From the human T2T-CHM13v2.0 reference genome, Homo sapiens: a stretch of 64,000 nt of DNA. The stretch spans positions 2,240,001 to 2,304,000 of the forward strand of contig CP086569.2 in assembly GCA_009914755.4 (NCBI GenBank). Direction: 5' to 3'. Below the pieces are notes generated by a model. That model searched no databases, had not been told where the DNA came from, and was given only the letters and a program-made list of their open reading frames with translations. Every line of letters starts with the position of its first letter. Position 1 is the stretch's first letter. A program made the position numbers and the translations under genes. This document shows, one piece after another, positions 49,087-63,516 of the stretch.

Positions 49087-49679
49087 GTAAGAGCCTCTAA
49101 CCCTACGGGTGGTCTCTATATTGTTTATTGTAACTTTATTTTATACTTATTCATAAGAATATTAATTCACATTTTCTCATGTTTTCTCATTTCTATCATA
49201 TGACATTTACTGACAAATACTATTCTATCTAAATATATAATAAAATACATTAATTCCTTTAATCCCTAATGTTGAAAACATTGTGTCTTCTGACATTTTA
49301 GAATTATGAATTACAAAGCCAATTTGAGTCAACTTTGTCTACTCTTTTTCATTCCTTTGAAGAGATTTCTGGCATTCAAATTGTCTAGATCAATGCTCAT
49401 GAGTACTTTTATAGCTTTTAACCTGGTTGGTTGTTTGCCCCAGAATTGCACCAATTTGATTTGATACCAGGGTGTCTGCAAATGTCCCTGTCTTCGAACC
49501 TTTTCCAGTAGCAATTATCACCTACAAAACCTTTGTCAAATAGTGTAATTATTATATCAAACCGGTCTTAGTTTTACATCTCTCATTCTGAAATGTAAAA
49601 AGCATAATGCATCCCAATGGGCCACGGAGACTTCTTCTTTTGTGTATTGGATGCTTTGGCTTTGATCCTTCAATTCATG

Positions 49680-49797
49680 GTGCCCGCCACCAGGCCCAGC
49701 TCATTTTTGTATTGTTAGTAGAGATGGGGTTTCACCATGTTGGCCAGGCTGGTCTCGAACTCCTGACCTCAGATGTTCTGCCTGCCTCAGCCTCCCT
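49680..49797 (-). mobile_element. Alu right-arm fragment, unit 1 only
   Basis: ccaggcccagctcatttttgtattgttagtagagatggggtttcaccatgttggccaggctggtctcgaactcctgacctcagatgttctgcctgcctcagcctccc. Confidence 0.85.
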
Positions 49798-50149
49798 ACC
49801 TACTGATGTATGAGCCTTCTTCAGTGATTTATCAATATTAAAGATTACCAGCCACTTATTATGAAAATGGTTTTGCACTTTATTTTTGCCTTTGAATATT
49901 TTTAACAGGAATGTTTTACAAGTGGTATGTTTATTTTTTTATGGTGTCTTATGTTTGTGTGGATATCCTGCTTTTTGTAACTTTTTTTCCTTTTAAATTG
50001 AGAATCATTTTGCTATTGTCCCTTCTCTTCAGAGAAGTAAAACCTTCTTTTTAATTTCATTTGAATTGTTTATCACCATAGGTTGATTGAAGGAATGGTA
50101 ACACGTTTTCAATGTTGAGTTTTTTCTTTTATTTTCTTTCCTTTTTTTA

Positions 50150-50435
50150 TTTTGGAGACAGAGTCTCTCTCTGTCGCCCGGGCTGGAGTGCAGTGGCGTG
50201 ATCTTGGCTCAGTGCAACCTCCACTTCCTGGGTTCAAGCAATTCTCGTGCCTCAGCCTCCCAATTAGCTAGGATTACAAACATGCACCACCATGCCCGGC
50301 AAATTCTTGTATTTTCAGTAGAGACGGGGTTTTGCCATGTTAGCCAGGCTGATCTTGAACCCCTGACCTCAGGTGATCCGCCCATCTCAGCCTCTCAAAG
50401 TGCTGGGATTACAGGTGTGAGCCACCATGCCGGCC
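50150..50435 (-). mobile_element. Alu inside array unit 1
   Basis: ttttggagacagagtctctctctgtcgcccgggctggagtgcagtggcgtgatcttggctcagtgcaacc...gtgtgagccaccatgccggcc. Confidence 0.92.
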
Positions 50436-51149
50436 TGAGCTTTTTCTTTGAGATTCGATTTGTCTCTTCCTCTTGTTGATTCTGTCAATGGGTTTCTAAA
50501 GTGTTTTTTCCTTGTTTTTGTTACTCTGAATCCATTTTCATGTCCACTATTTTTCTGTTTATTTCTGTCATGTAGAAGAGATTGTGTATATATTTTTTGC
50601 AATCCATGAAATGATGACCCTTTGTTAAATTTCAATTTTTTTTCTCTTCATTTCTGACCTTTTCTAAGAAGTTGGTCATGTTATTTGGTAATGGGTTTTT
50701 AAAATTTTCCCTGTTCCTAGATTTATACGTTCTCTTTACAGTTTATTTGTAATTTAGTTCTATGGCCTTTGCTAGAAGACTCAGGACAACTTTTAATATG
50801 TAGAGTTGTAAATATGGTAGACAACTTTTTTTCCAGACATTAGGACAAAAACCCAAAGAGATTCACCTTTAAATAAAATAAGTCATTTCAATAAGTGTCT
50901 TTCTCTTCTAGTATACTTTTTTTCTGAACACATAGGTTCTCATACCATGAGATTTCTTATTTCTATACAATGTATGTGAAAAATCATGTGCTTTTTATTC
51001 ATTGCTTGTGTATTTTAATATGGTTTTGAAAAAAAGATTCATTTTGATGTAGCCCCTCATGTTTCTTTCATTTGAGCCTCCCTTATCACTCCCAATATAA
51101 AATGTGCCTCGACCTTAATTGGGATTTGAAAAGCTTGGAACTAGAAGGC

Positions 51150-51471
<322 letters not shown>

Positions 51472-51949
51472 CTAGCATGAATGTCACATTAGTTTGTGGA
51501 GCCCAGCTGGGTGGGTAGAGCCACTTTTCAGACACAGATCAGAATCCGTCAGTCACAGATCAGATCACAGTCACCTGCCCTACCTCTTACGGTCTGCCTT
51601 GCTGAAGGTGTTGGGGACCTGGGAGGAGATAATGGGGAATCAACGGGACAGAGTTGTGTGCAGGCAGATTCAGAGTCCCAACTGGGTCCAGGCAGCACAG
51701 TTGATTTACAAATGACATTCTTTCTCTCTCCCTCTTTCTCTTGCTGTCATCTCTTACTCTTTTCATCTGGGGGAAGAATGATGTGAAAATGATCAGGAAT
51801 TTACTTTTTCAAATGAGATCCTAGTCAGTGTGATATTCAGAAAAGTCTTTAGTCATGTGGGTCTCTGGTGATTTCTCCATCTGTTTCCGAGGTCATTCCT
51901 TCCTCATTTCTCAGAGCTTTACTATGAACAGACCGATTCCTTCCTTTAG

Positions 51950-51995
51950 GGGCAGACTTTGACTTAGCAGATGCCTTTGGTGAGGGAGGAAACAG
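51950..51995 (+). pseudogene. CD99P1: CD99/XG-like DFDL exon, copy 2, open with intact splice sites (..ADFDLADAFGEGGN..)
   Basis: ttcctttag|GGGCAGACTTTGACTTAGCAGATGCCTTTGGTGAGGGAGGAAACAG|gtgagtaac. Confidence 0.8.
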
Positions 51996-52682
51996 TGAGT
52001 AACTCGTTAAAGTCTCCTCTGTTGCTGATTTGTTATTGTCACCAAATGACTGTCATTTCCAAGAGACTTATCTCTTTTGCATAATCCATGGATTGGGTTT
52101 ATACAGTGGAAATATTGGAAGTATATGCCTTGTTGTGTTTTATTTTTGTTGTTGTTGGATTTTTGTTTTTTTTCCCACCAATATGCTGGCTTTTATTTTA
52201 AAATTGTTACAGACTTTGGAATGATATAAGGCAAATGTCACTTCCCTGGCCAGGTCAGACTTCATGGGCATGTGACCTGTGATGTCACACAGGGACCTGT
52301 GCATACAAGGGCACCATATTGGTGTATTACTCAGTAGCTGCCATCTTGAAATTCGTCATAAAATTGGAACAGAATCTTGCATTTTCATTTTGTGCAGGGC
52401 CTCTCAAATTCTGGAGGTGGTCTGGACACCTGGCTTAGTTTTCTTTGAAAATACTTGAAGTTAAATCCTGTAGCTGGAAGATGATGGAAGGGAATTGGCA
52501 GGAGGCTATGTGTATGGGCATCCCCACCATGACAAAAACAAGGGTCATTTTTTACCTGTTTAGTGAAAGGTCTCTATGCAAATTGATTTTTCATTTCCTT
52601 TTCTGGTCGCCATGGAAATTGATTTTTCATTTTCTTGACTGCAAGGCACTGATGATCGCCAACTCTCATGTTTTACAAACAG

Positions 52683-52751
52683 GTGACCCAGCACCACCTA
52701 ATCCCCCCAAACCAAAGCCAGATCCAAATCCCAACTGACCTGGTTTCACTG
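52683..52751 (+). pseudogene. CD99P1: CD99-like proline-rich exon, copy 2, disabled (in-frame TGA; donor gt mutated to at)
   Basis: ag|GTGACCCAGCACCACCTAATCCCCCCAAACCAAAGCCAGATCCAAATCCCAACTGACCTGGTTTCACTG|ataagagcc; reads DPAPPNPPKPKPDPNPN*. Confidence 0.8.
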
Positions 52752-54742
52752 ATAAGAGCCTCTAACCCTACGGGGTGGTCTCTATGTTGTTTACCTGGCA
52801 GTGATGTCCGTGTCATCTGAGAAGAGGAGATTTCAGGTGAGCCTGTTCCTACTGTTGAATTACAAGGTAATTCCAGTGTTCAAGTAGTGGAAAACCTAGA
52901 TTACGAAAATATGTTTTTGGTTTGGATTTTATTTTCCTTTTCTTGATTTTACTTCAAAGATAAATGGAACTTCCAAATCATTGAATAAGAGCTTTTAGAT
53001 GTAGACTTGATATGAGGAAAAGAATCTGTGTGTTTCCCATGGAGAAGCCAACTTGTTTTAAACAATTAGATTTTTACTGAGTGTTTTTCTTTACATGTTT
53101 GTTTAATTTTTAACACAGAAATCTATCCAGATGGTCTAAATCCTGTTGACATTTTTATGGTTTTTTGCTGGTTATGTTATTATTGGCATAAGAATATTCC
53201 TTGACCATTTTCTCATGTCATTTAATCATTTGTATCATACGACTTTACATTATTATACTACAGACTTAATTACATACTTTGGTTTCTTTAAGTAATCCCT
53301 AATTCTGAAGTTATGTTTCTTCTGATGTTTTGGAATTATCAATTACAAAGCAAATTTGACTGCCCTTCATGCACTTTCCTTTATGTTTGAAGATATATTT
53401 CTAGAGTGCAAGTTGTTTACATCGATGTGTGTGAGTACTTTTGTAGCTTCTGACATGGTTTTGAAATTGCCCCAGAATTGCACCAATTTATTTTGATGGC
53501 GGCGGGGTGTGCAGATGACCCTTTCCTCACACTGTCTCCGATATTGGTGTTCACCAAAACATCTTTATCCAGTAGTGCAAAATGTCATGCTAACCTTGTC
53601 TTAGTTTCACGTCTTTAATTCTGAAACTTGAAACAAAAACAATGCATCAGTGGGCCATGGAGACTTCTTCTTCTGTGTATGGGATACTGTGTCTTTTATT
53701 CTTCTATTCTGGTATGTCCTCCCTGATTTCTAGTCATTTTTGAATTATTTATAGACAGTAAACATTGCCCAATATATTATGAAAATGTGTTTCCACTTTA
53801 TTGTTGCCTCTGAAAACATTTTGAACAGAAGCTTTTATAAGCAAGGCTTGAATTTTTCTTTTTTATGTTGTCTTAGGTTTGTGTGAGTTTCCACCTTTGT
53901 GTAACACATTTTTCCTTTTAACAGAACCATTTTATCACTGTCTCTCTTCCTTCTTGGGAAAAAGAAAACCATCTTTTTCTTTTCATTTGCATTACTTACA
54001 ACTATGAATTGATTTATAGAGTGCTAAAATATTTGTAAAATCGAGCAGATTCTTCTGTGTGCCTTTTTCTCCTGGTGATTTATTTAAATGGATTTCTAAG
54101 GTGTTTTCCCGTCAGTATTGATTTGTTTTGGTGAGTACGATTTTATGTGCGCTATTTGTCTCTCTGTTTCTGAACTATAGCAACATTTTTGTGCATTCTC
54201 TCTTACTCTCCACTGAATGATGAACCCTTGTGAACTTCCAATTGTTTTCTCTTCATTTCTTAATGTTTCTAAGAAGACCGACATATTATTTGTAAGTGAT
54301 TTTAAAATTTGTCTCCTTTTCTATGTTTTTTCGTTGTCTTCAGAGTGTCTTCAGAGTGCATTCGTATTTTTGTTGAATTGGCTTTGCTAGAGAACACATG
54401 ATGGCTTTAAGTATGAGTGAAGAGAGTAGACATTTTTTATTCCTGATTTCAAGGTAAAAACCTAAAGAGGTTCACCTGTAAATAAAATAAATTGTCTTTA
54501 CAAAACCAGATACTCATTCCAAGAAGATCTCTCTATTCTAGTATACTTTTTTTCTAAACATACAATAGTATAGGTTCTCATACTGTGAGACTTCTTATTT
54601 CTTTATACACAATATATTTGAAAAGTCATTGGTTTTTTAGTGATTACTAATGTACTGTTACATGGTTTTGAAAAGTGTTGGATTCAAAGTTTCCTTCATT
54701 TAAGCCTCTTTTTTCTCCCTTCCCCATATAAAAAGTTGATGA

Positions 54743-55073
<331 letters not shown>

Positions 55074-55605
55074 TTAGAACTGGAAGGCAGCCTCTGAAAT
55101 TATCAAGAATGTCACAGCAGTTTGTGGAACACACCTGGGTGGGTAGACCCACTTTTTAGACACTCTCTAGCCCAAATCTGATCACAGTCATTCTTCCTCA
55201 CCTCTTAGGGTCTCCCTCACAGAAGGTGTTGGGGGCCTTGGACGAGATGTTGATGGGATGGGAATAAACAGGAGCAAATAATGTGCAGGCGAAGTTGGAG
55301 TTCCTGCTCAGTCTGGGAGGAGAATTGATTTATGAATTTCTTTCTTTCTCTCTTTGTATCTATCTCTTCTTTCTCTCTCTCTCTCTCTCTCCCCCCAGCC
55401 ACCTTCTGATCTCTAATCCATTCATGTGAGAGAAGAGTGATGTGAAAATGGTCAGCAATTTGCTTTTTCTGATGAGATCCTGGTGAGAGTCATGTTCAAT
55501 AAAGTATTTAGTCACGTGGGGCTCCAGTGATTTCTCTGTTTACAAGCTCATTCCTTCCTCATTTTCTCAGAACTTTGGTGTTAACAGCCTGTTTCCTATT
55601 TGTAG

Positions 55606-55651
55606 GGGCTGACTTTGACTTAGCAGATGCCTTTCGTGATGGAGGAAATAG
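55606..55651 (+). pseudogene. CD99P1: CD99/XG-like DFDL exon, copy 3, open (..ADFDLADAFRDGGN..)
   Basis: cctatttgtag|GGGCTGACTTTGACTTAGCAGATGCCTTTCGTGATGGAGGAAATAG|gtgagtagc. Confidence 0.8.
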
Positions 55652-56294
55652 TGAGTAGCTCTTTAAAGTCTCCTCTCTTGCTAACTTGCTTATTATCGCC
55701 CAATTATTATCATTTGCAAGAGACTTACCTCTTGAGAATGATCAATGGAACTTGTTTGCACAGTGGAAACCTAGGGAGTAAGTGTGTTGTTGTCTGTTTT
55801 TGATGTTGTTGGACTTTTGTTTGTTTTTTTTTTAACCAGTCCACTTGCTTTTGTTGAGAAACTCCTACAGTCTTTGGAATGATGTAAGGCAAATGTGACT
55901 CCCCTGGCCAGGTCAGCCTTCACGGGCATGCAGCTTGTGAAGTCACCCAGGGACCTGTGTTTACAAAAGCGCCATATTGGTTTACTGGTCTGTAGTTACC
56001 ATGTTGCTCTTCTTCATACAGTTGAGACGAGGGGTCCCACATTTTTGTTTTGCACGGGACCTTGCCAACTCTGTCACTGATCTAGACACCTGCTTTAGTT
56101 TAATTTGATATTAAGCAATGTAGCCGGAAGATGATGGAAGAAAGTTGGCAGGAGGCTGTGTGTACGGTTATCCCTGTCATGACAAGCAACAAGCTCCAAC
56201 TTTTACCTGGTCCGTCAGCCATCTCTATGCAAATTGATGTTTCATTTCTTTACTCCAAGACACTCATGATTGCAACTCTCATTGTCACAAACAG

Positions 56295-56363
56295 ACGACC
56301 CAGCACCTCTTAATTCACCCAAGCTGAAGCCAAATGCGAACCCTGAGCAGCCTGGATTCATTG
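56295..56363 (+). pseudogene. CD99P1: CD99-like proline-rich exon, copy 3, open (..DPAPLNSPKLKPNANPEQPGFI..)
   Basis: attgtcacaaacag|ACGACCCAGCACCTCTTAATTCACCCAAGCTGAAGCCAAATGCGAACCCTGAGCAGCCTGGATTCATTG|gtaagtgct. Confidence 0.8.
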
Positions 56364-56978
56364 GTAAGTGCTTCTCACTCTATAGGTTGTCTGTATGTTG
56401 TCCACGGTAGAGTGGTATCCACATCAGATGGACGACAGGCTTTCAGATGAGCAGGTGCTTGCTATTGACTTTCTGTACAGTTACTCCAGTGGGCAGGGAG
56501 TGAAATACAGTTTTCTGAAATAGATATTTGACTTGCGTTCTATTTTTAGTTTGCTGATTTTACTTCCAAGATTGTATGGAACTTCTAAAACACTGAGCAC
56601 AAGATTTTCTTATGAACTTGGTATAGAGAAAATGGCCTGTGCATTCCCTGTAGAGAAACTTGGGTGTTTTTGATGTTTTTGCCCTTGAATATTTGTATCA
56701 GCTATTTTGACACATGACAGCATTCTCAGGTAATCTGACTAGCAACTGTTTTTTGAACTGAATTGTTGTGAAACATTCAGGTTTTTAGTTCTTTTTTGTT
56801 TTTAATTTTTAACACAGAAACATAAATAATGTTCATATCCTCTTGGCATTGTGATGGTTATTTGCGCTTATATTTTATATATCAGTTTAAATGAAGCAAA
56901 CGTTAAGTAATAAAGCCAGTCTTTTGTTCATACTGCATTGTAACATTATTATTATTATTTTTATTATTATTATTATTT

Positions 56979-57265
56979 GAGATGGAGTCTCGCTGTGTTG
57001 CCCAGGCAGGAGTGCAGTAGCGTGATCTCGGCTCACGGCAACCTCTGCCTCCTGGGTTCAAGCAATTCTCCTGCCTCAGCTCCTGAGTAGCTGGGATTAC
57101 AGGCATGCACCACCATGCCCGGCTAATTTTTTTGTGTGTATTTTTAGTAGAGACAGGGTTTCACCATGCTGGTCAAGCTGGTCTCGAACTCCTGACCTTA
57201 GGTGATCTGCCCACCTCGGCCTCCCAAAGTGCTGGGATTACAGGCATGAGCCACTGAGCCTGGCC
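56979..57265 (-). mobile_element. Alu preceded by (ATT)n
   Basis: attattattatttttattattattattatttgagatggagtctcgctgtgttgcccaggcaggagtgcagtagcgtgatctcggctcacggcaacc... Confidence 0.92.
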
Positions 57266-58756
57266 TATTTTATACTTATTAATAGTCACTGAACATTTGC
57301 TCATGTCATTTTATCATTTATATCATATGACATTTACTGTCAATTATATTCTATATAAATATATAATACATTAATTTATTTAATCCCTAATGTTTAAAAT
57401 ATTGTGTCTTCTGACTTTTTAGAATTATGAATTACAAAGCAAATTTGAGTCAACTTCATCTACTTTTTTTTTTTTTATTATTCCTTTGAAGAGATTTCTG
57501 GCATTCAAATTGTCTAGATGAATGTATATGAGTCCTTTTATAGTATTTGACCTGGTTCGTCATTTGCCCCAGAATCGTCCCAGTTTATTTTGATGATGGT
57601 GTGTGCAGATGTCTGTCTTCACACCATCTCTATACTGGTTATCACCTGCAAAACCTTTGTCACATAGTGTAAGGATTATATCAAACTTGTCTTAGTTTCG
57701 CATCTCTAATTCTGAAATTTAAAAAAAAATAGTGCATTCCAGTTGGCCATGGTTACTTCTTTTGTGTATTGGATGTTATCCCCTTTATTCTTAAATTCTC
57801 ATATGTACCTACTGATTTATAAGTCTTCTTCAGTTATTTATGGATATTAAAGATTATCAGCCACTTACTATGAAAATGTTTTTGCTATTTATTTTTGCCT
57901 TTTAATATTTTTAACAGGAATGTTTCATAAGCAAGACCTATTTTTTTATGGTGTCTTATGTTTGTGTTGGTTTTCTGGTTTTGTGACTTTTATTTTAATG
58001 GAGAATAATTTTGCCATTGTGTCTCCTGCTTGGGAGAAGTAAAACTGTCTTTTTAATTTCATTTGAATTGTCTTCAAACATAAGTTGATCAAAGAAGTTG
58101 TGAAACATTTTCAAAGTTGAGCTTTTTCCTTGAGATTTGATGCATCTGTTTCTCCTGATGATTTTTGTCAATGGATTTCTCAATTGTTTTTTGTTTTTGT
58201 TTTTGTTTTTTGTTTCTCTGAATCTATTTCTAAGTCCACTATTTTTCTGTTTATCTCTATACTATAATATACAAAGGATTTTGTGTATTTTTCTTTACGA
58301 TCCACAAATTGTTTGCAAATTATTTTTTTTTAATTTCCCCTTTTCTATATTTGTACATTTTGTTTACAGTTTATTTGTAATTTGGTTGTACTGTCTTTGC
58401 TAGATAAACCCAGGACAGCTTTTCATATGTAGAATTGTAAATACAGTAAACAGCTTTTATTTCAGGCTTTAGGGCAAAAACCCAGAGAGATTCACCTTTA
58501 AATAAAGTAAATCACTTCAAAAAGCCTCTTTCTACTCCAGTATACTTTTTTTTCCCTAAACGTATAATAGTATAGTTTCTCATACCATGAAATTTCTTAT
58601 TTATATATAATATATTTGACTAATTATTTGATTTTTATTGATTACTCATGTACTCTTACATAGTTTTGTAAAAATGTTGGATTTGATGTAGCCCCTCATG
58701 TTTCTTTTATTTAAGTCTCCTTGTTATCCCCTTTCAATATAAAAATTTCCCCAACC

Positions 58757-59087
<331 letters not shown>

Positions 59088-59557
59088 TTAAAACTAGAAG
59101 GCAAACTCTGAAACCATGGTGAGTTTTCACGTCAGTTTGTCCAGCATAAATGGGTTGGCAGAGTCACTATTTAGACACCCTCTAACCCCTCTTAGGGCCT
59201 CCCTGGTGGAAGGTGTTGGTTACCTGGGGGGAGATGATATTTGGACAGGAAATCAACAGGAGAGAACCATGTGCAGGTTAGAGTTGGAATTCCAACTCTG
59301 TCCAGGCAGCACAATTGATTTATAAATTATTTTATTTCTCTCTCTCTGGCTCTCATCTTTTGTTCTTTTCATCAGAAGGGAGAGTGATGTGAAAATGATC
59401 AGGAATTCACTTTTTCTATTGAGATTCTGGTTAGAGGGATATCCAGAAAAGTATTTAGGAACGTGGGGTTATGGTGTTTTCTGCATCTGTTTACGAGATC
59501 ATTTCTTCCTCATTTCTCTCAGAACTTTGGTGTTAACAGCCTGTTTCCCTCCTTTAG

Positions 59558-59602
59558 GGGATGACTTTGACTTAGCAGATGCCTTACATGACAAAGGAAA
59601 CT
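59558..59602 (+). pseudogene. CD99P1: CD99/XG-like DFDL exon, copy 4 (1-nt shorter, frameshift; reads DDFDLADALHDKGN)
   Basis: cctttag|GGGATGACTTTGACTTAGCAGATGCCTTACATGACAAAGGAAACT|gtgagtaac (45 nt). Confidence 0.75.
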
Positions 59603-60252
59603 GTGAGTAACTCCTTAAACTCTCCACTGTGGCTGACTTGCTTATTATCACCAAATTATTATTGTTTCCAAAAAACGTATCTCTTGTGAATGATCAATGA
59701 AACCTGTTTGCACAGTGGAAAGTTAGGGAGTAGGTGTGTTGTTGTTTGTTTTGGATATTGTTGGACTTTGTTTTTGTTTTTACCAGTATGCATAGTTTTA
59801 TTTTAAAACTCTCACAGTCTTTGGAATGACGTAAGGCAAATCTGACTCCCCTGGCCAAGTTAGGCTTCATGAGTGTGTGACTTGTTCGATCACCCAGGGA
59901 CCCATGCTTACAAGGGTGCCATATTGGTTTATGAGTCTTTAGTTGTCATCTTGAAATTCTTAATATTCAGTTGAGCAAGGATTTCTGCATTTTCATTTTA
60001 CACAGTACCTTGCCAATTCTGTAGCTGATCTGAAAAGCTGCCTGATAGGTTTTATTGAAAATGCTTTATCAGTACTGTAGCTGGAAGATGTTGGAAGGAT
60101 ATTGGCAGGAGGCTGTGTGTATGGGTATCCCCACCATGACAAAGAACAAGGTCCAATTTTTATATGTTTAGTGAACGTCTGCATGCAAATTGATGTTTCA
60201 TTTTCTTCACTTCAAGGCACTCATAATCTCAACTCTCATCTTTTACAAACAG

Positions 60253-60321
60253 ACGAGCCAGCACCACTGAACCCACCCAAACCAAAGCCAAATCCAAACC
60301 CCAAGCAGCCTGATTCCACCG
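60253..60321 (+). pseudogene. CD99P1: CD99-like proline-rich exon, copy 4, open (..EPAPLNPPKPKPNPNPKQPDST..)
   Basis: ttttacaaacag|ACGAGCCAGCACCACTGAACCCACCCAAACCAAAGCCAAATCCAAACCCCAAGCAGCCTGATTCCACCG|gtaagagcc. Confidence 0.8.
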
Positions 60322-61282
60322 GTAAGAGCCTCTAACCCTATGGGTCATCTGTATGTTGTTTACAGGACAGTGATATCCATGTCAGCTGGGAGATTTCACA
60401 TGAAACCTGTGCTCACTCTTCACTCCTTGTACAAGGAAATTCCAAAACCTAGTTTTCAACTATATAATTTTGATTTGGATTATATTTTTAGCGTCCTGAT
60501 TTTACTTCTAAGATTTTAAGATTTAAGTCATAAATCTTAAATAGAATCTTAAATTCTGAGCTTTTTGGATTCCACCTCTAAAAAGTTGAATACGAGGTTT
60601 TAAATACAGACATGATATGAAGGAAGGGATAGTTGCATTCCCAGTGGAGAGGTGAGTGCTTTTCAAATAGTTAGATCGTTAGTGATTTTTTTTTGTTTAC
60701 ATGCTTGTTTAACTTGTAACACAGAAAAATATAACTAGTGTCCAAATCCTGTTGACAGTTTGATAGTTATGTGCTAGTAACGTTATTTTTGGCATATTCA
60801 TATTTCTTGATGATTTTCTTATGTCATTTAAGTCTTTCTAACATGACTTTTACTGTCCATTTTATGTCCTTATTTATTTCCCACATAATTATATACTTCA
60901 ATATTTAATTTTGACAATGTTATGTTTCTTCTAACATTTTAGAATTATGGATTTCAAAGTCAATTTGAATCAACTTTATGCACTTGTTTTTATTCCTTCG
61001 AATCAATTTCTAGAATGCAAATTGTTCAGATCAATGTGTATGAGTACCTCTGTAGTTTTGACCTGGTTCTGAAATTGGCCCAGAATTATATGAATTTATT
61101 TTGATGCCAGGGATATGTGCAAATGTCCCTTTCTTCCCACCATCGTTACTGCTGCTGATCACCTAGAAAACCTTTGTCATGTACTATCACATGTAACATT
61201 AATCTTTGCCTAGTTTCAGTTCTTTAGTTCTGCAATTTAAAAAAAAATAGTAAATAGTACATCAATTTGCCACGTATACTTC

Positions 61283-61598
61283 TTTTTTTTTCTTTTTTTT
61301 TTTTTTGAGATACAGTCTCGCTCTGTCGCCAGGCTGGAGTGCAGGAGCACCATCTCAGCTCACTGCAACCTCTGCCTCCCGGGTTCAAGCAATTCTACTG
61401 CCTCAGCTCCCAAGTAGCTGGGACTGCAGGTGCATGCCACCATGCCCGGCTAATTTTTTTGTTTGTTTGTTTGTATTTTAGTAGAGATGGGGTTTCACCA
61501 TGTTACCCAGGCTGGTCTCCAACTCCTGAGCTCAGGCAGTCCACCCGCCTCGGCCTCCCAAAGTGCTAGGATTACAGGCATGAGCCACTGCGCCCAGC
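61283..61598 (-). mobile_element. Alu with TSD
   Basis: T-run+gagatacagtctcgctctgtcgccaggctggagtgcaggagcaccatctcagctcactgcaacc...; TSD tacttctt. Confidence 0.92.
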
Positions 61599-61838
61599 CT
61601 ACTTCTTCTATATGTATTGATTACTTTGCCTTTATTCTTATCTTCCGATATGTCTGTATTGTTTTATAAACGTTCCTCATTTTTTTATAGACATTAAATA
61701 TTGCCAACCATTTACTATGAAAATGCTTTTTCATCTTATTTTTGCCATTGAATAGTTTAACAGTATTTTTTGACAGGCAAGTCTTCAAATTTTTATTCAT
61801 GGTGTCTTATATTTGTCGGAGCTTTCTGATTTTGGTGA

Positions 61839-62135
<297 letters not shown>

Positions 62136-63469
62136 CGTTTTTTCCTTTGAACTTCAGAACCAACATGCCTGCAAAATTGAGATTTTTCTTGATATTCGAT
62201 GTACCTCTTTCCCTGATGATTTCTTTTAATGCATTCCTAGTTTTTTCTTTTTTTTCATTTTTCTGGATATATTTTTATGCCCACTATCTTTCTGTTTATT
62301 TTTGTTACATAGAAAGGATTTAATATATTTTTCCTTACTATATCCTGAACTATGATCCCTTATTAAATTTCTATTTTTTTCTCATTTCTTATCTTTCTAA
62401 GAAGACAATCATATTATTTGCACATGATTTTTAAATATTTTTCAATTTTCTATCTTTATATGTTCTCTTTACATTTTATTTGTATTTTTGTTGTATTACC
62501 TTTGATAGTAAACCCAGGACAGGTTTAAATATGAGTGAAGAGAGCAGATATTTTAAATTCCTGACTTTAAAGCAAAAACCCAAAGATACTCACCTTTAAA
62601 TAAAATAAATTGCTTTTTTAAAAAATGTAGTCATTTCAGGAAGGGTCATTCTATTCTGGTATACATTTTTCCCCAAATATATAATATTATTGGTTTTCAT
62701 ACCATGAGGTTTCTTATTTCTTTATATATATATATATATATTTGGATAATCATCTGGTTTTTATTGATTACTCATTAAAACCATGTAAGTTATTGATTAC
62801 TCATTGAAACCATGTAAGTATATTCTTACATGGTTTTGGAAAAATGTCGGATTTGATGTAGCCCCTCATGTTTCTTTTATTTAAGCCTCCTTATTATCCC
62901 CTTTCAGTGTAAAAATTTCTCCAGCCTTAGTCAGGATTTGAAAAGCTTAAAACTAGAAGGCAACCTCTGAAACCACGGTGAATTTTCACGTCAGTTTGTC
63001 CAGTACGTCTGGGTTGATAGAGCCACCTTTTAGACACCCTCTAGCCCAAATCTGATCATAGTCATGTGTCCCCACCTTTTAGGGCCTCCGTGGCGGAAGG
63101 TGTTGGTTACCTGAAGGGAGATGGTGATGGGATGGGAAATCAACAGGAGGGAATCCTGTGTTGGCAGAGTTAGAGTTCCAACTTCGTCCAGCCAGCACAG
63201 TTCATTTATAAATTACTTTGTTTCTCTCTCTCTCTCTCCCTCTCTTTCCACCCCTGACTCTTGCTCTCATCTTTTACTCTTTGTGTCTGAGAGAAGAGTG
63301 ATGTGAAAATGATCAGGAATTCACTTTTTCTTATGAGGTCCTGGTCACAGTGATACTTAGAAAACACTTAAGAACTTAGGCCTGTGGTGTTTTCTCCATC
63401 TGCTTCCAGGTCATTTCTTCCTCATTTCTCTCAGAACTTTGGTGTTAACAGCCTGTTTCCCTTCTTTAG

Positions 63470-63516
63470 GGGATGACTTTGATTTCACAGATGTTTCTTC
63501 ATGGTGAACGAAACAG
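63470..63516 (+). pseudogene. CD99P1: CD99/XG-like DFDL exon, copy 5, disabled (reads DDFDFTDVSSW*)
   Basis: cttctttag|GGGATGACTTTGATTTCACAGATGTTTCTTCATGGTGAACGAAACAG|gtgagtaac; in-frame TGA. Confidence 0.75.
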